From: Celeribacter sp.
GTDB taxonomy: Bacteria; Pseudomonadota; Alphaproteobacteria; Rhodobacterales; Rhodobacteraceae
DNA length: 64,000 nt
Reading direction: 5' to 3' (one strand)
Assembly (NCBI RefSeq): GCF_048266585.1
Contig: NZ_JBLWZF010000014.1
Below, in pieces: positions 25,855 to 37,678 of the stretch (positions are counted from its first letter, which is position 1; every line of letters begins with the position of its first letter). A model generated the notes under the pieces. The model saw only the letters and a program-made list of their open reading frames with translations, ran no database searches and was not told where the DNA came from. The position numbers and the translations under genes are program-made.

Positions 25855-26856
25855 ATGCATCCGGCACTTCAGGGGCTTTTGACCATCGCCATCGGCGTGG
25901 GGGCCTGTATCGGTTATTTCTATTTTTCCAACATCATCCTCGACAAGGTGATTTTCCCCGCGCGGGGGCAAAATGCCGGGCGCAATATCAACCGTGCCAA
26001 TCTGATCCGGCCTTGGCTTTTCCTCTTGCCGGGGCTTTTGGCGCTCGGGCTTTATCTGGCCTATCCGGTGGTCGAAACGCTTCGGCTGTCGCTCACCGAC
26101 CGCGATCTCGGCGGGGCCTATGTGGGGCTTGAAAATTACCGCAAAATGTCCGGCGATCCGAAATTCTGGGAGGCGATGCGCAACAATGCCTTTTGGCTTT
26201 TGGTGGTGCCTGCGATGTCCACCGCCTTCGGGCTTTTGGTGGCGCAGCTCACCGACCGAATTCGTTGGGGCTCAATCGCCAAGTCCTTGATTTTCATGCC
26301 GATGGCGATCTCTTTCGTCGGTGCCGCCGTGATCTGGAAACTGGTCTATGATGCCCGGCCACTCGGGACGGAGCAGATCGGCATTTTGAACGCGATCTAT
26401 CTGGCTCTGGGTGGTGATCAGCCGATGAACTGGCTGACCATTCCGTTCTGGAACAACTTTTCCCTCATGGTGGTGCTGATCTGGATTCAGACCGGCTTTG
26501 CTATGGTGATCCTTTCAGCGGCTCTGCGCGGCGTGCCGGAAGAGACCATCGAGGCCGCGATCGTCGATGGCGCCAATCCGTTCCAGATTTTCTTTCGCAT
26601 CAAAGTGCCGCAGATCATGGGGACCATCGTCGTCGTCTGGACCACGATCACCATCGTGGTGCTCAAGGTCTTCGACATCGTGTTCGCCATGACCAACGGC
26701 CAATGGGAGACGCAGGTGCTCGCCAACTACATGTACGACCAATTGTTTCGCGCCCGCGATTGGGGTGTCGGCTCTGCGGCGGCCATGGTGATCATGCTCT
26801 TGGTGACGCCGATCCTTGTGTGGAACGTCTACAACGCCCGCAAAGAGATGAAGTGA
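25855..26856 (+). CDS. aglF: alpha-glucoside ABC transporter permease
   Basis: The ATG at 25855 is preceded by GGGGAG. It is a MalF-type permease with an EAA-like loop (EAAIVDGANPFQIFFRIKVP). Confidence 0.8.
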   Translation: MHPALQGLLTIAIGVGACIGYFYFSNIILDKVIFPARGQNAGRNINRANLIRPWLFLLPGLLALGLYLAYPVVETLRLSLTDRDLGGAYVGLENYRKMSGDPKFWEAMRNNAFWLLVVPAMSTAFGLLVAQLTDRIRWGSIAKSLIFMPMAISFVGAAVIWKLVYDARPLGTEQIGILNAIYLALGGDQPMNWLTIPFWNNFSLMVVLIWIQTGFAMVILSAALRGVPEETIEAAIVDGANPFQIFFRIKVPQIMGTIVVVWTTITIVVLKVFDIVFAMTNGQWETQVLANYMYDQLFRARDWGVGSAAAMVIMLLVTPILVWNVYNARKEMK

Positions 26857-26868
26857 GGGGAGAGGATC

Positions 26869-28131
26869 ATGGACAATATCGCCGGTAAGAAACCCGCCCT
26901 GATCTGGGCCACGCATATCTCGGTCGCAGTGCTCGTCCTCCTATGGCTCTTCCCGACCGTGGGCCTGTTCGTCTCGTCGTTTCGCACGGCGGATCAGATC
27001 TCCAGCTCCGGCTGGTGGAAGGCGATGTTCCCGCAGGAACAGAACACGATGATCCGCACCGCAAGCCCTGAGACGCAGCAGCAGATCGACGGCAATTACG
27101 TGATCGAAGGCAATCTTTTCGAAGAGGCGGGAGAGACGCGGGGCGAGATTTCCGCTTGGGGCATTTCGTCTCGCGACATTGCCGCCTACGCCCCCGGTGA
27201 CACCGCCGATATGGGCGAGGACGGCCAGTTGAGCGTCGCGGTCAATGGCGATTATCGCTTTGTGAATACGACAGAATTTTCGGGCCGTCGCGGCGAGCGC
27301 GTGTTCCTGACCGCTGTCACGCCGCCGTCTTTCACGCTCAATAATTACCGCACGGTTCTGGTCGACGGGCAGGCCACCGACAAGATGGGCAAGGCGTTTA
27401 TCAACACGCTGACCGTCACCATCCCGGCGACCGTCATCCCGATCCTGATCGCGGCCTTCGCGGCCTATGCTTTGGCGTGGATGGATTTCCGCGGGCGGGC
27501 GTTCTTGATTGCCGTCATCGTCGGCCTTCTCGTGGTGCCGCTGCAACTGGCGCTCATTCCGTTGTTGAGTTTCCATGGCACGGCCGTCGAATGGTTCATT
27601 GCGCTTGTCGGCACGCCGATGGAGGGCAACGCGCGGCGCTTTGCCGAAGTGGGTGCCTTGGGTCGGCTGTTCGGTTTTGAGCCGGGCGATACGATCAATT
27701 CCAAGGGGTACTTGGGCGTCTGGGCGGCGCATACCGGGTTTGGTCTGCCGCTGGCGATCTACCTCTTGCGCAACTACATGGTCGGCCTGCCGAAAGACAT
27801 CATCGAGAACGCCCGCGTGGACGGTGCCACGGATTTTCAGATTTTCACCAAAATCATCCTGCCGCTGTCTTTCCCCGCGCTTGCGTCCTTTGCGATCTTC
27901 CAATTCCTCTGGACGTGGAACGATTTGTTGGTCGCGTTGGTTTTCCTGATCGACAGCTCCGGAGAAACAACCGTGATGACGCGGCAGATCGTCGAACTTC
28001 TGGGCACCCGGGGCGGCAATTGGGAAATCCTTGCCACCGCCGCCTTCGTGTCCATCGCCGTGCCGCTGACGGTGTTCTTCTTCATGCAGAAATATCTGGT
28101 GCGCGGCCTTCTGGCCGGCTCGGTAAAGTAA
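26869..28131 (+). CDS. aglG: alpha-glucoside ABC transporter permease (with large periplasmic insert)
   Basis: 420 aa MalG-type permease (ENARVDGATDFQIFTKIILP). Confidence 0.8.
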   Translation: MDNIAGKKPALIWATHISVAVLVLLWLFPTVGLFVSSFRTADQISSSGWWKAMFPQEQNTMIRTASPETQQQIDGNYVIEGNLFEEAGETRGEISAWGISSRDIAAYAPGDTADMGEDGQLSVAVNGDYRFVNTTEFSGRRGERVFLTAVTPPSFTLNNYRTVLVDGQATDKMGKAFINTLTVTIPATVIPILIAAFAAYALAWMDFRGRAFLIAVIVGLLVVPLQLALIPLLSFHGTAVEWFIALVGTPMEGNARRFAEVGALGRLFGFEPGDTINSKGYLGVWAAHTGFGLPLAIYLLRNYMVGLPKDIIENARVDGATDFQIFTKIILPLSFPALASFAIFQFLWTWNDLLVALVFLIDSSGETTVMTRQIVELLGTRGGNWEILATAAFVSIAVPLTVFFFMQKYLVRGLLAGSVK

Positions 28132-28149
28132 CCAGACGAAATAACCAAA

Positions 28150-29817
28150 ATGAGTGATCCTATGACCGCAACTTCCTCCTCCCCTGCGCATTTCACCCGT
28201 GAAAAAGATTGGTGGCGTGGCGCCGTCATCTATCAGATCTACCCGCGCTCCTATCAGGACAGCAATGGCGACGGGATCGGCGACCTTCTGGGCATCGTCC
28301 AGCGCCTGCCTTACATCGCCTCGCTCGGCGTGGATGCGATCTGGATTTCGCCGTTTTTCACCTCACCGATGAAGGATTTCGGCTATGACGTCGCGGATTA
28401 TTGCGATGTCGATCCGATGTTCGGCTCTCTCGCGGATTTCGACGCGGTGATCGACACGGCGCATCAATATGGCGTCAAAGTGCTGATCGATCTGGTGCTT
28501 AGCCACACCTCCGATCAACACCCGTGGTTCATCGAGAGCCGTGAGGACAAGACCAACGCGAAATCCAATTGGTATGTCTGGGCCGACGCGAAACCCGATG
28601 GCACGCCGCCGAACAACTGGCTGTCGATCTTTGGCGGTTCGGCTTGGCAATGGGATGCGGGGCGGATGCAGTATTACCTGCACAACTTCCTGACCGAACA
28701 GCCGGATCTGAACTTCCACGAACCCGAGGTGCAAAAGGCGTTGTTGGATGTCGCCGAGTTTTGGCTGCACCGCGGGGTGGACGGCTTCCGTCTCGACACG
28801 ATCAACTTTTACACCCATGACGCCGAGTTGCGCGACAACCCGCCCTTGGCGCCGGAGCTGCGCACGGCAAAGACTGCGCCTGCGGTGAACCCCTACAACT
28901 GGCAACAGCACATCTACGACAAATCCCGGCCCGAAAACCTTGAGTTCCTGCGCAAACTGCGGGCGGTGATGGAGCCGTTCAACGCCGCCGCCGTGGGCGA
29001 AGTGGGCGATGAGCAGCTTGGGCTCGAAATCCTTGGCGAATATACCAAGGGCGACGATCTCATGCATATGTGCTACGCCTTCGAGCTTTTGTCCGGGGAT
29101 ACGCCGACGCCCGAGTATATCAAGGGCGTGATGGACAAGGTGGCCGAGGTGGCCGCAGACGGCTGGGCCTGTTGGGCCTATTCGAACCACGATGTGGTGC
29201 GGCATATGTCGCGCTGGCATCTCGATCCGCAGGGCGCGCGGGCCTTTACGACGCTGATGATGTGTCTGCGCGGCTCGGCCTGTATTTATCAGGGCGAAGA
29301 GTTGGGCCTGCCGGAAGCGGAGTTGAAGTTCGAAGACCTGCAAGACCCCTACGGCATCCAGTTCTGGCCGGATTTCAAAGGCCGCGACGGATGCCGCACG
29401 CCGATGGTCTGGGAACGTTCCCAACATCACGGCGGCTTTTCCAGTGCAGGCCAGACGTGGTTGCCGGTGAGTGCGGATCACTATCCTCTGGCGGTCGCCC
29501 AGTCCGAATACGACCCCGGCGCGATCCTGCACCATTACCGCCGCGCGATTGCTTTCCGCCATGCGCATGGGGCGCTGATGACGGGGACGATGGAAGATAT
29601 GCGTGTGGATGGGCCTTGCCTGATCTTCACCCGCAAGAATGACGAGGAAGAGCTGTTCTGCGCCTTCAACCTCTCCGATCAGCCCGCCACGCTGGAGGCG
29701 CCGAAGGGCAATTGGCATCAGGTCGGCAGCGAATTGAATTCCGCCTCGCCGATGGAAGACGGCAAGCTGCATCTGGGCCCGTGGCAGCCCGCGATCATGC
29801 TGAGGTATAAGGTCTGA
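28150..29817 (+). CDS. aglA: GH13 alpha-glucosidase (oligo-1,6-glucosidase/sucrose-trehalose-maltose hydrolase type)
   Basis: The ORF carries WWRGAVIYQIYPRSYQDSNGDGIGDL, QPDLN, VDGFRLDTINF, GEVGD and YSNHDV, the conserved GH13 regions. Confidence 0.9.
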   Translation: MSDPMTATSSSPAHFTREKDWWRGAVIYQIYPRSYQDSNGDGIGDLLGIVQRLPYIASLGVDAIWISPFFTSPMKDFGYDVADYCDVDPMFGSLADFDAVIDTAHQYGVKVLIDLVLSHTSDQHPWFIESREDKTNAKSNWYVWADAKPDGTPPNNWLSIFGGSAWQWDAGRMQYYLHNFLTEQPDLNFHEPEVQKALLDVAEFWLHRGVDGFRLDTINFYTHDAELRDNPPLAPELRTAKTAPAVNPYNWQQHIYDKSRPENLEFLRKLRAVMEPFNAAAVGEVGDEQLGLEILGEYTKGDDLMHMCYAFELLSGDTPTPEYIKGVMDKVAEVAADGWACWAYSNHDVVRHMSRWHLDPQGARAFTTLMMCLRGSACIYQGEELGLPEAELKFEDLQDPYGIQFWPDFKGRDGCRTPMVWERSQHHGGFSSAGQTWLPVSADHYPLAVAQSEYDPGAILHHYRRAIAFRHAHGALMTGTMEDMRVDGPCLIFTRKNDEEELFCAFNLSDQPATLEAPKGNWHQVGSELNSASPMEDGKLHLGPWQPAIMLRYKV

Positions 29818-29840
29818 GATTCAGGGAGGGGAGAGAGGTC

Positions 29841-30932
29841 ATGGCTGATCTGAAACTGGAAAATGTCGCCAAGGTTTACGGCGGCAAGGTCGAAGTCCTC
29901 AAGGACATCAATCTCGATATCGAGACCGGCGAGCTGATCGTTTTCGTCGGCCCGTCCGGCTGTGGCAAATCCACGCTTTTGCGCATGATCGCGGGGCTTG
30001 AGAAGATCTCCGGCGGCACGCTTGATATCGACGGGGTGCGGGTCAACGACGTGCCCCCCGCGCAACGCGGCATCGCCATGGTGTTCCAGTCCTACGCGCT
30101 CTATCCGCATATGACGGTCTATGACAACATGGCCTTCTCCCTGAAACTTGCCAAGAAATCCAAGGACGAGATCAAGGAAGCGGTGATGCGCGCCGCCCAT
30201 ATCCTGCAACTCGAAGACTATCTCGACCGCCTGCCGAAGGCGCTCTCTGGCGGTCAGCGGCAACGCGTCGCCATCGGCCGGGCCATCGTGCGCGACCCGA
30301 AGGTCTATCTCTTCGATGAACCGCTCTCCAACCTCGACGCAGCGCTGCGTGTCGCCACCCGGCTTGAGATCGCCCAGCTCAAGGAAAGCATGCCCGACAG
30401 CACGATGATCTATGTGACCCACGATCAGGTGGAGGCGATGACGCTCGCGGACCGCATCGTGGTGCTGGCGAACAAAGGCATCGCGCAGGTCGGAAGCCCG
30501 CTCGATCTCTACGAGAAACCCGACAATGAATTCGTCGCGCAATTCATCGGCTCGCCCTCGATGAACCTGATCCCCGGCGAGATCATCGAGACCGGTGCGC
30601 TGACCAAGGTCAAGCTCGACGGCGAAGGCATTGCGACCTCGACAATCCCGACGCAGCCCTCCGACATGGGCCGCAAGGTCAACATCGGCGTGCGCCCCGA
30701 GGACATGCATCTGGCCGAGGGCGACGCGATCGTCGACGGGGTCGTCGATGTAGTCGAGGCGCTGGGCGAGGTGACCTTGCTCTATTTCGTCGCCGAACGC
30801 GGCCTTGACCCCCTGATCGCCAAGCTTCCGGGCATTCATGCGGGGCTCAAGGGCCAAACGGTAAAACTCTCCGCGCCGCCGGAAAAGGTGCATCTCTTTG
30901 CGGACGGTCTGTCGATGCGACCGAAAGACTAA
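29841..30932 (+). CDS. aglK: sugar ABC transporter ATP-binding protein (MalK-like)
   Basis: It has Walker A (GPSGCGKST), the signature LSGGQRQRV and Walker B (YLFDEPLSNLD), plus a C-terminal regulatory domain. Confidence 0.9.
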   Translation: MADLKLENVAKVYGGKVEVLKDINLDIETGELIVFVGPSGCGKSTLLRMIAGLEKISGGTLDIDGVRVNDVPPAQRGIAMVFQSYALYPHMTVYDNMAFSLKLAKKSKDEIKEAVMRAAHILQLEDYLDRLPKALSGGQRQRVAIGRAIVRDPKVYLFDEPLSNLDAALRVATRLEIAQLKESMPDSTMIYVTHDQVEAMTLADRIVVLANKGIAQVGSPLDLYEKPDNEFVAQFIGSPSMNLIPGEIIETGALTKVKLDGEGIATSTIPTQPSDMGRKVNIGVRPEDMHLAEGDAIVDGVVDVVEALGEVTLLYFVAERGLDPLIAKLPGIHAGLKGQTVKLSAPPEKVHLFADGLSMRPKD

Positions 30933-31042
30933 AGCGTTTCGCATTAAATCTGTTTCACAGATTTGGTGTGAAGCGCTCACAACGTTTATATGTTGCTCTG
31001 CGTTTTTCTTTTTCCTGCCTCAGAAAAAAGAAAAACGCTTTA
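30930..31042. repeat. about 113-bp structured intergenic repeat (MITE/REP-like), copy A
   Basis: The termini TAAAGCGTTT ... AAACGCTTTA are inverted repeats. Internal hairpin 1 is AAATCTGT-TTC-ACAGATTT (30946..30964). Internal hairpin 2 is GCGTTTTTCTTTTT-loop-AAAAAGAAAAACGC (31000..31038). It aligns along its length with copy B at 63234..63348. Confidence 0.7.
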
Positions 31043-31139
31043 ACCCGCGACATCGCGCCCTCAATGATCCACTTGGAAACGCTTTCCTGAAACGGGGCAG
31101 GGTGATATTCAGCCTTTGAAATATATAGAGGCCGCCGTC

Positions 31140-32135
31140 ATGACCACACCGCCCCGCATCATGCCCAAACCCTTCAACGCCCCGCCGCAAGGCCTCTGGC
31201 GCGCCACGCCGCCGGCGATCTTTCCGCCCATTCTGGGGCTCTTCGGCCTTGGGCTGGGCTGGCGCAACGCGGCTCGCATCCTGCCCGCGCCCGAATGGAT
31301 TGGCGAGATGCTCCTGGGGGCGATCTCTCTGTTGTATCTCTTCGCGCTTCTGACCTATCTGGCCAAAATGGCGCGGCGTTTCGGGGTCATCTTCGAGGAC
31401 GCCAAAATCCTGCCAGGCCGCGCCGGGCTTTCGGCCATGACGGCCTCGGGCTTTCTTTTTGCCGCGACCATGGTGCCCTATAGTGCTGCCTTCGCCAAAG
31501 CCGTGCTGGTCCTCGCCCTTATAGGGCATGCTTTCGTCGCCGTCGCGATTATCATCGGCATGGCGCGGGGCCCGGCCGAACAGCGACGCGTGACCCCGGT
31601 GTGGCACCTGTCTTTCGTCGGTTTCATCATCGCGCCTCTGGCTGCCGCGCCTCTGGGCTGGACCGGCCTGTCCCAGATCATTTTCGCGACGACCCTGCCG
31701 ATTGCCGCTGCCGTCTGGATCATCTCCGCGATGCAATTTGCCAAATCCGATGTCCCGCCGCCGCTGCGTCCGCTTTTGGCGATCCATGTCGCGCCGGTCT
31801 CGCTCTTTGGCATCGTCGCCATGCTCTTGGGCTACACCACGCTTGCCCTCGCTTTCGCTTGGATCGGCGTCACTGCGCTGATCGTCTATCTCGGGGCCAT
31901 CCGCTACCTCACCAAAGGCGATTTTTCCGCGCTCTGGGGGGCCTTCACCTTTCCGCTCGCGGCCTTCGCCAACCTGATGTTCGCCGCCGCCACGCTCAAA
32001 CCGATGCCGTTTCGCCTGATCGGCGGGCTGGAACTCGTCGCCGCAACGCTGGCGATCACCTATATCGCCGTGAAAATCATGCAGCTCTGGACCAAAGGCA
32101 AACTGTCCAAAGCCACCAACGCAGCTGTGGTCTAA
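31140..32135 (+). CDS. TDT-family (TehA/Mae1/SLAC1-like) anion/dicarboxylate transporter
   Basis: Polytopic membrane protein of about 330 aa with a TDT-like pattern. I prefer the ATG at 31140, which has AGAGG upstream, over the TTG at 31116. Confidence 0.6.
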   Translation: MTTPPRIMPKPFNAPPQGLWRATPPAIFPPILGLFGLGLGWRNAARILPAPEWIGEMLLGAISLLYLFALLTYLAKMARRFGVIFEDAKILPGRAGLSAMTASGFLFAATMVPYSAAFAKAVLVLALIGHAFVAVAIIIGMARGPAEQRRVTPVWHLSFVGFIIAPLAAAPLGWTGLSQIIFATTLPIAAAVWIISAMQFAKSDVPPPLRPLLAIHVAPVSLFGIVAMLLGYTTLALAFAWIGVTALIVYLGAIRYLTKGDFSALWGAFTFPLAAFANLMFAAATLKPMPFRLIGGLELVAATLAITYIAVKIMQLWTKGKLSKATNAAVV

Positions 32136-32172
32136 CGCCTTTTTGTCGTTTCCTTTGCTGCCAAAAATACTC

Positions 32173-32204
32173 AAAAAGGGCCGCCTCTCCCCAGAGCGCG
32201 GCCC
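32173..32204. terminator. GC-rich hairpin with an A-run on the + side (T-run on the minus strand)
   Basis: AAAAA-GGGCCGC-CTCT-CCCC-AGAG-C-GCGGCCC. It may act as a weak terminator for the TDT gene, or as a minus-strand terminator with no obvious gene. Confidence 0.4.
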
Positions 32205-32273
32205 TAAATCTTGCCTGACATCTCGGTGAAAGCCACAAAACGCCCTTTCCATTGTGGGACATCCATGCAATAG

Positions 32274-33761
<1,488 letters not shown>

Positions 33762-33842
33762 GCCGACCCGTATCAAAGAAACAACGACGGCGGCCTTCGG
33801 TCGCCGTTGCTTTTTGCACCAGACCCTGTTTTTGCTGAACAC

Positions 33843-35024
33843 ATGACACCCGCTGCTCGCCTTTCCGCCGCCATAGAGATTCTCGACGATGTTCTGGTCG
33901 GCGAGAATGCAGAACGCGTTTTGACCACTTGGGCGCGCGGCCACCGCTTTGCCGGCTCGAAAGACCGTGCGGCGATCCGTGATCTCGTGTTCGACGCGAT
34001 CCGCTGCCTGCGGTCTTACGGCTGGCTCGGTGGCGCGGGGCAGGGACGGCCCTCGGCGCGTCAGGTGATGATCGGCGCTTTGCGCGCCGCTGGCACCGAT
34101 CCCGACACGTTGTTTTGCGAGGACCGTTTTGCGCCGCGTCCTTTGACTGATGAGGAACGCGCGGCGGCTCCTGCGCTGGAGGATGCGCCACAGGGGGTGC
34201 GTCTCGACTGTCCGGACTGGCTTTTGCCGCTTTATAAAGAGACGCTTGGCGAGACCACAGAAGACGTGCTGGCGGGGATGCGTCAGCGCTCCGAGGTGTA
34301 TCTTCGGGTCAATGCGGCGAAATCGACGCTGGGCCATGCTTTGGAACATTTGGCCAATGACGGCATCGAAGCGGTGCCGCATTCGCTCTCGGAAACCGCT
34401 CTAAAGGTCACCAAAGGCGCGCGCGCCGTGGCGCGGTCTCAGGCCTATCTGACCGGTCTGGTCGAGCTTCAGGATGCGGGCTCACAGGCGATCATCGACG
34501 CTCTGCCGCTGGAAGACGGCATGTCGGTGCTGGATTATTGCGCGGGCGGCGGCGGAAAATCTCTTGCCATGGGGGCGCAGGCCAAGCTCACTTTGACCGC
34601 CCATGATGTCGATCCGGCGCGGATGCAGGACATCGCGGCACGGGCCGGGCGCGCAGGGGTTAAGATCACCACGGCGCGCAAATCCGAACTGGCCGCAAGT
34701 TACGATCTGGTGCTCTGCGATGTGCCCTGTTCCGGCTCTGGCGCCTTTTCCCGCAGTCCGCAAGGCAAATGGGCGCTGACGTCCACGCGGCTCGCGCATT
34801 TGGGCGCGATCCAATCCGATATTCTCAATGAGGTTGCACCTTTGGTGCGTCCCGGTGGCTGCCTCGCCTATGCGACTTGTTCGCTCTTTGAGGCGGAAAA
34901 TGCCGGGCAGGTTTCGGCCTTCCTTGCTCGAAATTCTGATTTTTACTCGGAAAAACAGCGCCTTATAAGTCCTCTTGAGGGCGGTGACGGGTTCTTTTAT
35001 GCGGTTTTGCGTCGCAACGCCTGA
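33843..35024 (+). CDS. RsmB/NOP-family class I SAM-dependent RNA methyltransferase
   Basis: The ORF carries LVELQDAGSQ, VLDYCAGGGGKS, CDVPCSGSG and YATCS motifs. I chose the start at the ATG at 33843 (MTPAARLSAAIEIL). Confidence 0.8.
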   Translation: MTPAARLSAAIEILDDVLVGENAERVLTTWARGHRFAGSKDRAAIRDLVFDAIRCLRSYGWLGGAGQGRPSARQVMIGALRAAGTDPDTLFCEDRFAPRPLTDEERAAAPALEDAPQGVRLDCPDWLLPLYKETLGETTEDVLAGMRQRSEVYLRVNAAKSTLGHALEHLANDGIEAVPHSLSETALKVTKGARAVARSQAYLTGLVELQDAGSQAIIDALPLEDGMSVLDYCAGGGGKSLAMGAQAKLTLTAHDVDPARMQDIAARAGRAGVKITTARKSELAASYDLVLCDVPCSGSGAFSRSPQGKWALTSTRLAHLGAIQSDILNEVAPLVRPGGCLAYATCSLFEAENAGQVSAFLARNSDFYSEKQRLISPLEGGDGFFYAVLRRNA

Positions 35025-35114
35025 GACTGTTTCCACTCTGGAAACGGGAAAAGTAAGCTAACAATACAACTTTACCGATAGTTCTTCACGTTTTATCGTG
35101 AAACGGACCGGGCA

Positions 35115-35130
35115 TTAAAAGCACATTAAC
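35115..35130. promoter_or_regulatory. perfect CtrA-type box TTAA-N7-TTAAC
   Basis: TTAAAAGCACATTAAC was read directly. It lies about 135-150 bp upstream of the hybrid kinase start. Confidence 0.5.
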
Positions 35131-35277
35131 CAAACCGCTTCCACACTCGGTCTGAACGCACGGAGTTTTCAGATTCCGTTGACATATTTCCCGACGGCTG
35201 GGTCGGGCAATGATGAGACATGCCGAAGTGCAACGGCAGGACAGACGCATAGTCAGGGGGGACGTGTGCAAACCACA

Positions 35278-37572
35278 ATGACCGCAGGCCCATTGTCGAA
35301 ACAGGCCGGACGGCTGGCGCCCTATAGTTTGGCGATTTCCCTCGCTGGGGCCGCGTTATGCGCCAGTGCTTTGGTGATCCCCCTGCCGCGGCTGGGGATC
35401 ATGGCCTTTGCTGCGGGGGCGGTGCTGCTTTGGGCGGCGCTCCTCGTGAGGCTTTTGAGCTATCGTCAGAAACAGATGCGGCGCAGGCTTTACGAGGCGC
35501 TTTCTGCCTTTGTGGCCAATGATGCCGCGCCGTCTTTCACCACGGATTTGAATGGCGTGATCGGGTATGAGAACCGCGCTGCGGTGGCCCGGTTCGGCGG
35601 TCGCGGCGGCGAGACGCTTTTGGGCGCGCTCGAAGACCTCTTCGCAGCCCCCGCCGCCACGCTCAGCCGCCTGCAATCGCGCGCACTGGCCAAAGGGGCG
35701 GCGCGCGAAGACGTGGTGATGCGCCACGGGCATATGCGCCTCGCGGTGCATCTGATCGGCGAAGACGGTTTTCTGTGGCGGCTCGAAGATATGGCGGAGC
35801 GGGGTGGTGCGCTCGATGGCGATGTCATTTCCCTGCCCATGCTGACGATGAGCAAGAACAACACCATTCTTTTCATGAACGAGCCGTTGCGTCGCTTGCT
35901 CGGGCACCGCGAAAAGGCGCTGGACCGGATGATCACCGATCTGCCGATCCGTCCGGGGGACGTGCATGTTCTGGCCGGGGTCGAGGGGCGGATTTATGCC
36001 CGTGTGGCCCAGTTCGAAAGTGGAGAGTCGGGGCGTAAGGAATTGTATTTCCTGCCGGAAACCACGCCCAATGTCGGGGAATGGGACGCCTTTGATGCGC
36101 TCCCCGTTGCGCTCTTGAAGGTGGCGGTCGATGGGCGGATTTTACAGTCAAACCGACACTCGCGCGAGCTTTTGTCGATCCCTTCGCATGATCAGTTGAG
36201 CCTGAGCGATCTGGTCGAGGGGCTTGGGCGTCCGGTGCAGGATTGGGTCACCGATGTGGCGATGGGACGGGCGCGCAAGCCCGAGTTCGTGCGCGCGTCG
36301 CGGCCGCAGAATGACACCTTTTTGCAGATCACCCTCAATCGCGTCGAAGGCCAGAACAAACAGATCGAGCTGATTGCCGTGCTGTCGGATGCGACCGAAT
36401 TGAAATCGCTCGAGGCGCAGTTCGTGCAGAGCCAGAAGATGCAGGCCATCGGCCAGCTTGCGGGCGGCGTGGCGCATGATTTCAACAATCTTTTGACAGC
36501 GATTTCAGGGCATTGCGACCTGTTGTTGTTGCGTCACGACAAGGCGGACCCGGATTACAGCGATCTTGTTCAAATCCACCAAAACGCCAACCGCGCGGCC
36601 TCCCTTGTCGGTCAGCTTTTGGCGTTCTCGCGCAAACAGACGCTCAAGCCTGAGGTCATTGACCTGCGCGATACGCTGTCCGATCTGACCCATTTGCTGA
36701 ACCGTTTGGTGGGTGAGAAAGTCACCCTGACGCTCAATCACGAATCCGGGCTTTTGCCGATCCGTGTGGACAAGCGCCAGCTTGAACAGGTGATCATGAA
36801 CCTCGTGGTGAACGCCCGTGATGCGATGCCGTCGGGTGGTGAGATCAAGGTGGAAACCCGCAACGAGGTGCTGCGCGAAGGCTTTACGCGCGACCGGGCA
36901 ACGCTTCCCGTGGGAGAATATGTCATGGTAACCGTGTCGGATCAGGGCATCGGCATCCCGCCGGAGCGGCTTCAGAAAGTGTTCGAGCCGTTTTACACCA
37001 CGAAGCGCACGGGCGAGGGCACGGGGCTTGGACTGTCGACCGCCTATGGCATCATCAAACAGACGGGCGGGTTCATTTTCGTCGACAGTGTGGTGGGCTC
37101 CGGCACGGCCTTTACCATCTATCTCCCGGCCCATACGGCACGTGCTGAGGCGGTGGTCGAGGCGGCGAATAAGCCCTTGCCCGATGTCACGACCCAGGCC
37201 GAGCGGGGCTCTGGCGTGATCCTACTGGTCGAGGACGAAGCGCCCGTGCGGGCCTTTGCCTCGCGCGCGCTGCGCCTGCGCGGCTACACGGTGATCGAGG
37301 CGGAGAATGCAGAGGAGGCATTGGAAACCTTGGAAGACGACAGTCTGCATATCGATGTTTTCGTCTCCGATGTGATCATGCCGGGGATGGATGGGCCAAG
37401 TTGGGTGTCCGAGGCGCTGAAAGAGCGTCCGGGGGTCAAGGTGGTTTTCGTGTCGGGCTATGCGGAGGATCATTTTTCTGAGCAGCAATCACGCATTCCG
37501 AATTCGACCTTCCTGCCAAAACCCTTCTCTTTGTCCGAACTGACCGCGACGGTGCAGGCGCAGTTTCATTGA
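35278..37572 (+). CDS. cckA: hybrid sensor histidine kinase/response regulator, CckA-like
   Basis: It has two N-terminal TM segments, PAS-like regions, an H-box ([21 protein letters not shown]), a HATPase domain ([15 protein letters not shown]) and a C-terminal REC domain ([17 protein letters not shown]). It sits near recA-alaS, as in other alphaproteobacteria. The start is either the ATG at 35278 or an in-frame GTG at 35266. Confidence 0.7.
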   Translation: MTAGPLSKQAGRLAPYSLAISLAGAALCASALVIPLPRLGIMAFAAGAVLLWAALLVRLLSYRQKQMRRRLYEALSAFVANDAAPSFTTDLNGVIGYENRAAVARFGGRGGETLLGALEDLFAAPAATLSRLQSRALAKGAAREDVVMRHGHMRLAVHLIGEDGFLWRLEDMAERGGALDGDVISLPMLTMSKNNTILFMNEPLRRLLGHREKALDRMITDLPIRPGDVHVLAGVEGRIYARVAQFESGESGRKELYFLPETTPNVGEWDAFDALPVALLKVAVDGRILQSNRHSRELLSIPSHDQLSLSDLVEGLGRPVQDWVTDVAMGRARKPEFVRASRPQNDTFLQITLNRVEGQNKQIELIAVLSDATELKSLEAQFVQSQKMQAIGQLAGGVAHDFNNLLTAISGHCDLLLLRHDKADPDYSDLVQIHQNANRAASLVGQLLAFSRKQTLKPEVIDLRDTLSDLTHLLNRLVGEKVTLTLNHESGLLPIRVDKRQLEQVIMNLVVNARDAMPSGGEIKVETRNEVLREGFTRDRATLPVGEYVMVTVSDQGIGIPPERLQKVFEPFYTTKRTGEGTGLGLSTAYGIIKQTGGFIFVDSVVGSGTAFTIYLPAHTARAEAVVEAANKPLPDVTTQAERGSGVILLVEDEAPVRAFASRALRLRGYTVIEAENAEEALETLEDDSLHIDVFVSDVIMPGMDGPSWVSEALKERPGVKVVFVSGYAEDHFSEQQSRIPNSTFLPKPFSLSELTATVQAQFH

Positions 37573-37678
37573 ATGAAGCTGCGTCAGCCGTTGAAAATAA
37601 TTTCGTGTTGCCGCATTTTCGCAACCTCTCGTTAACCAGTCTTGTTTCACAGTGATTTTCGTAAATTTAAGTTGAAAT

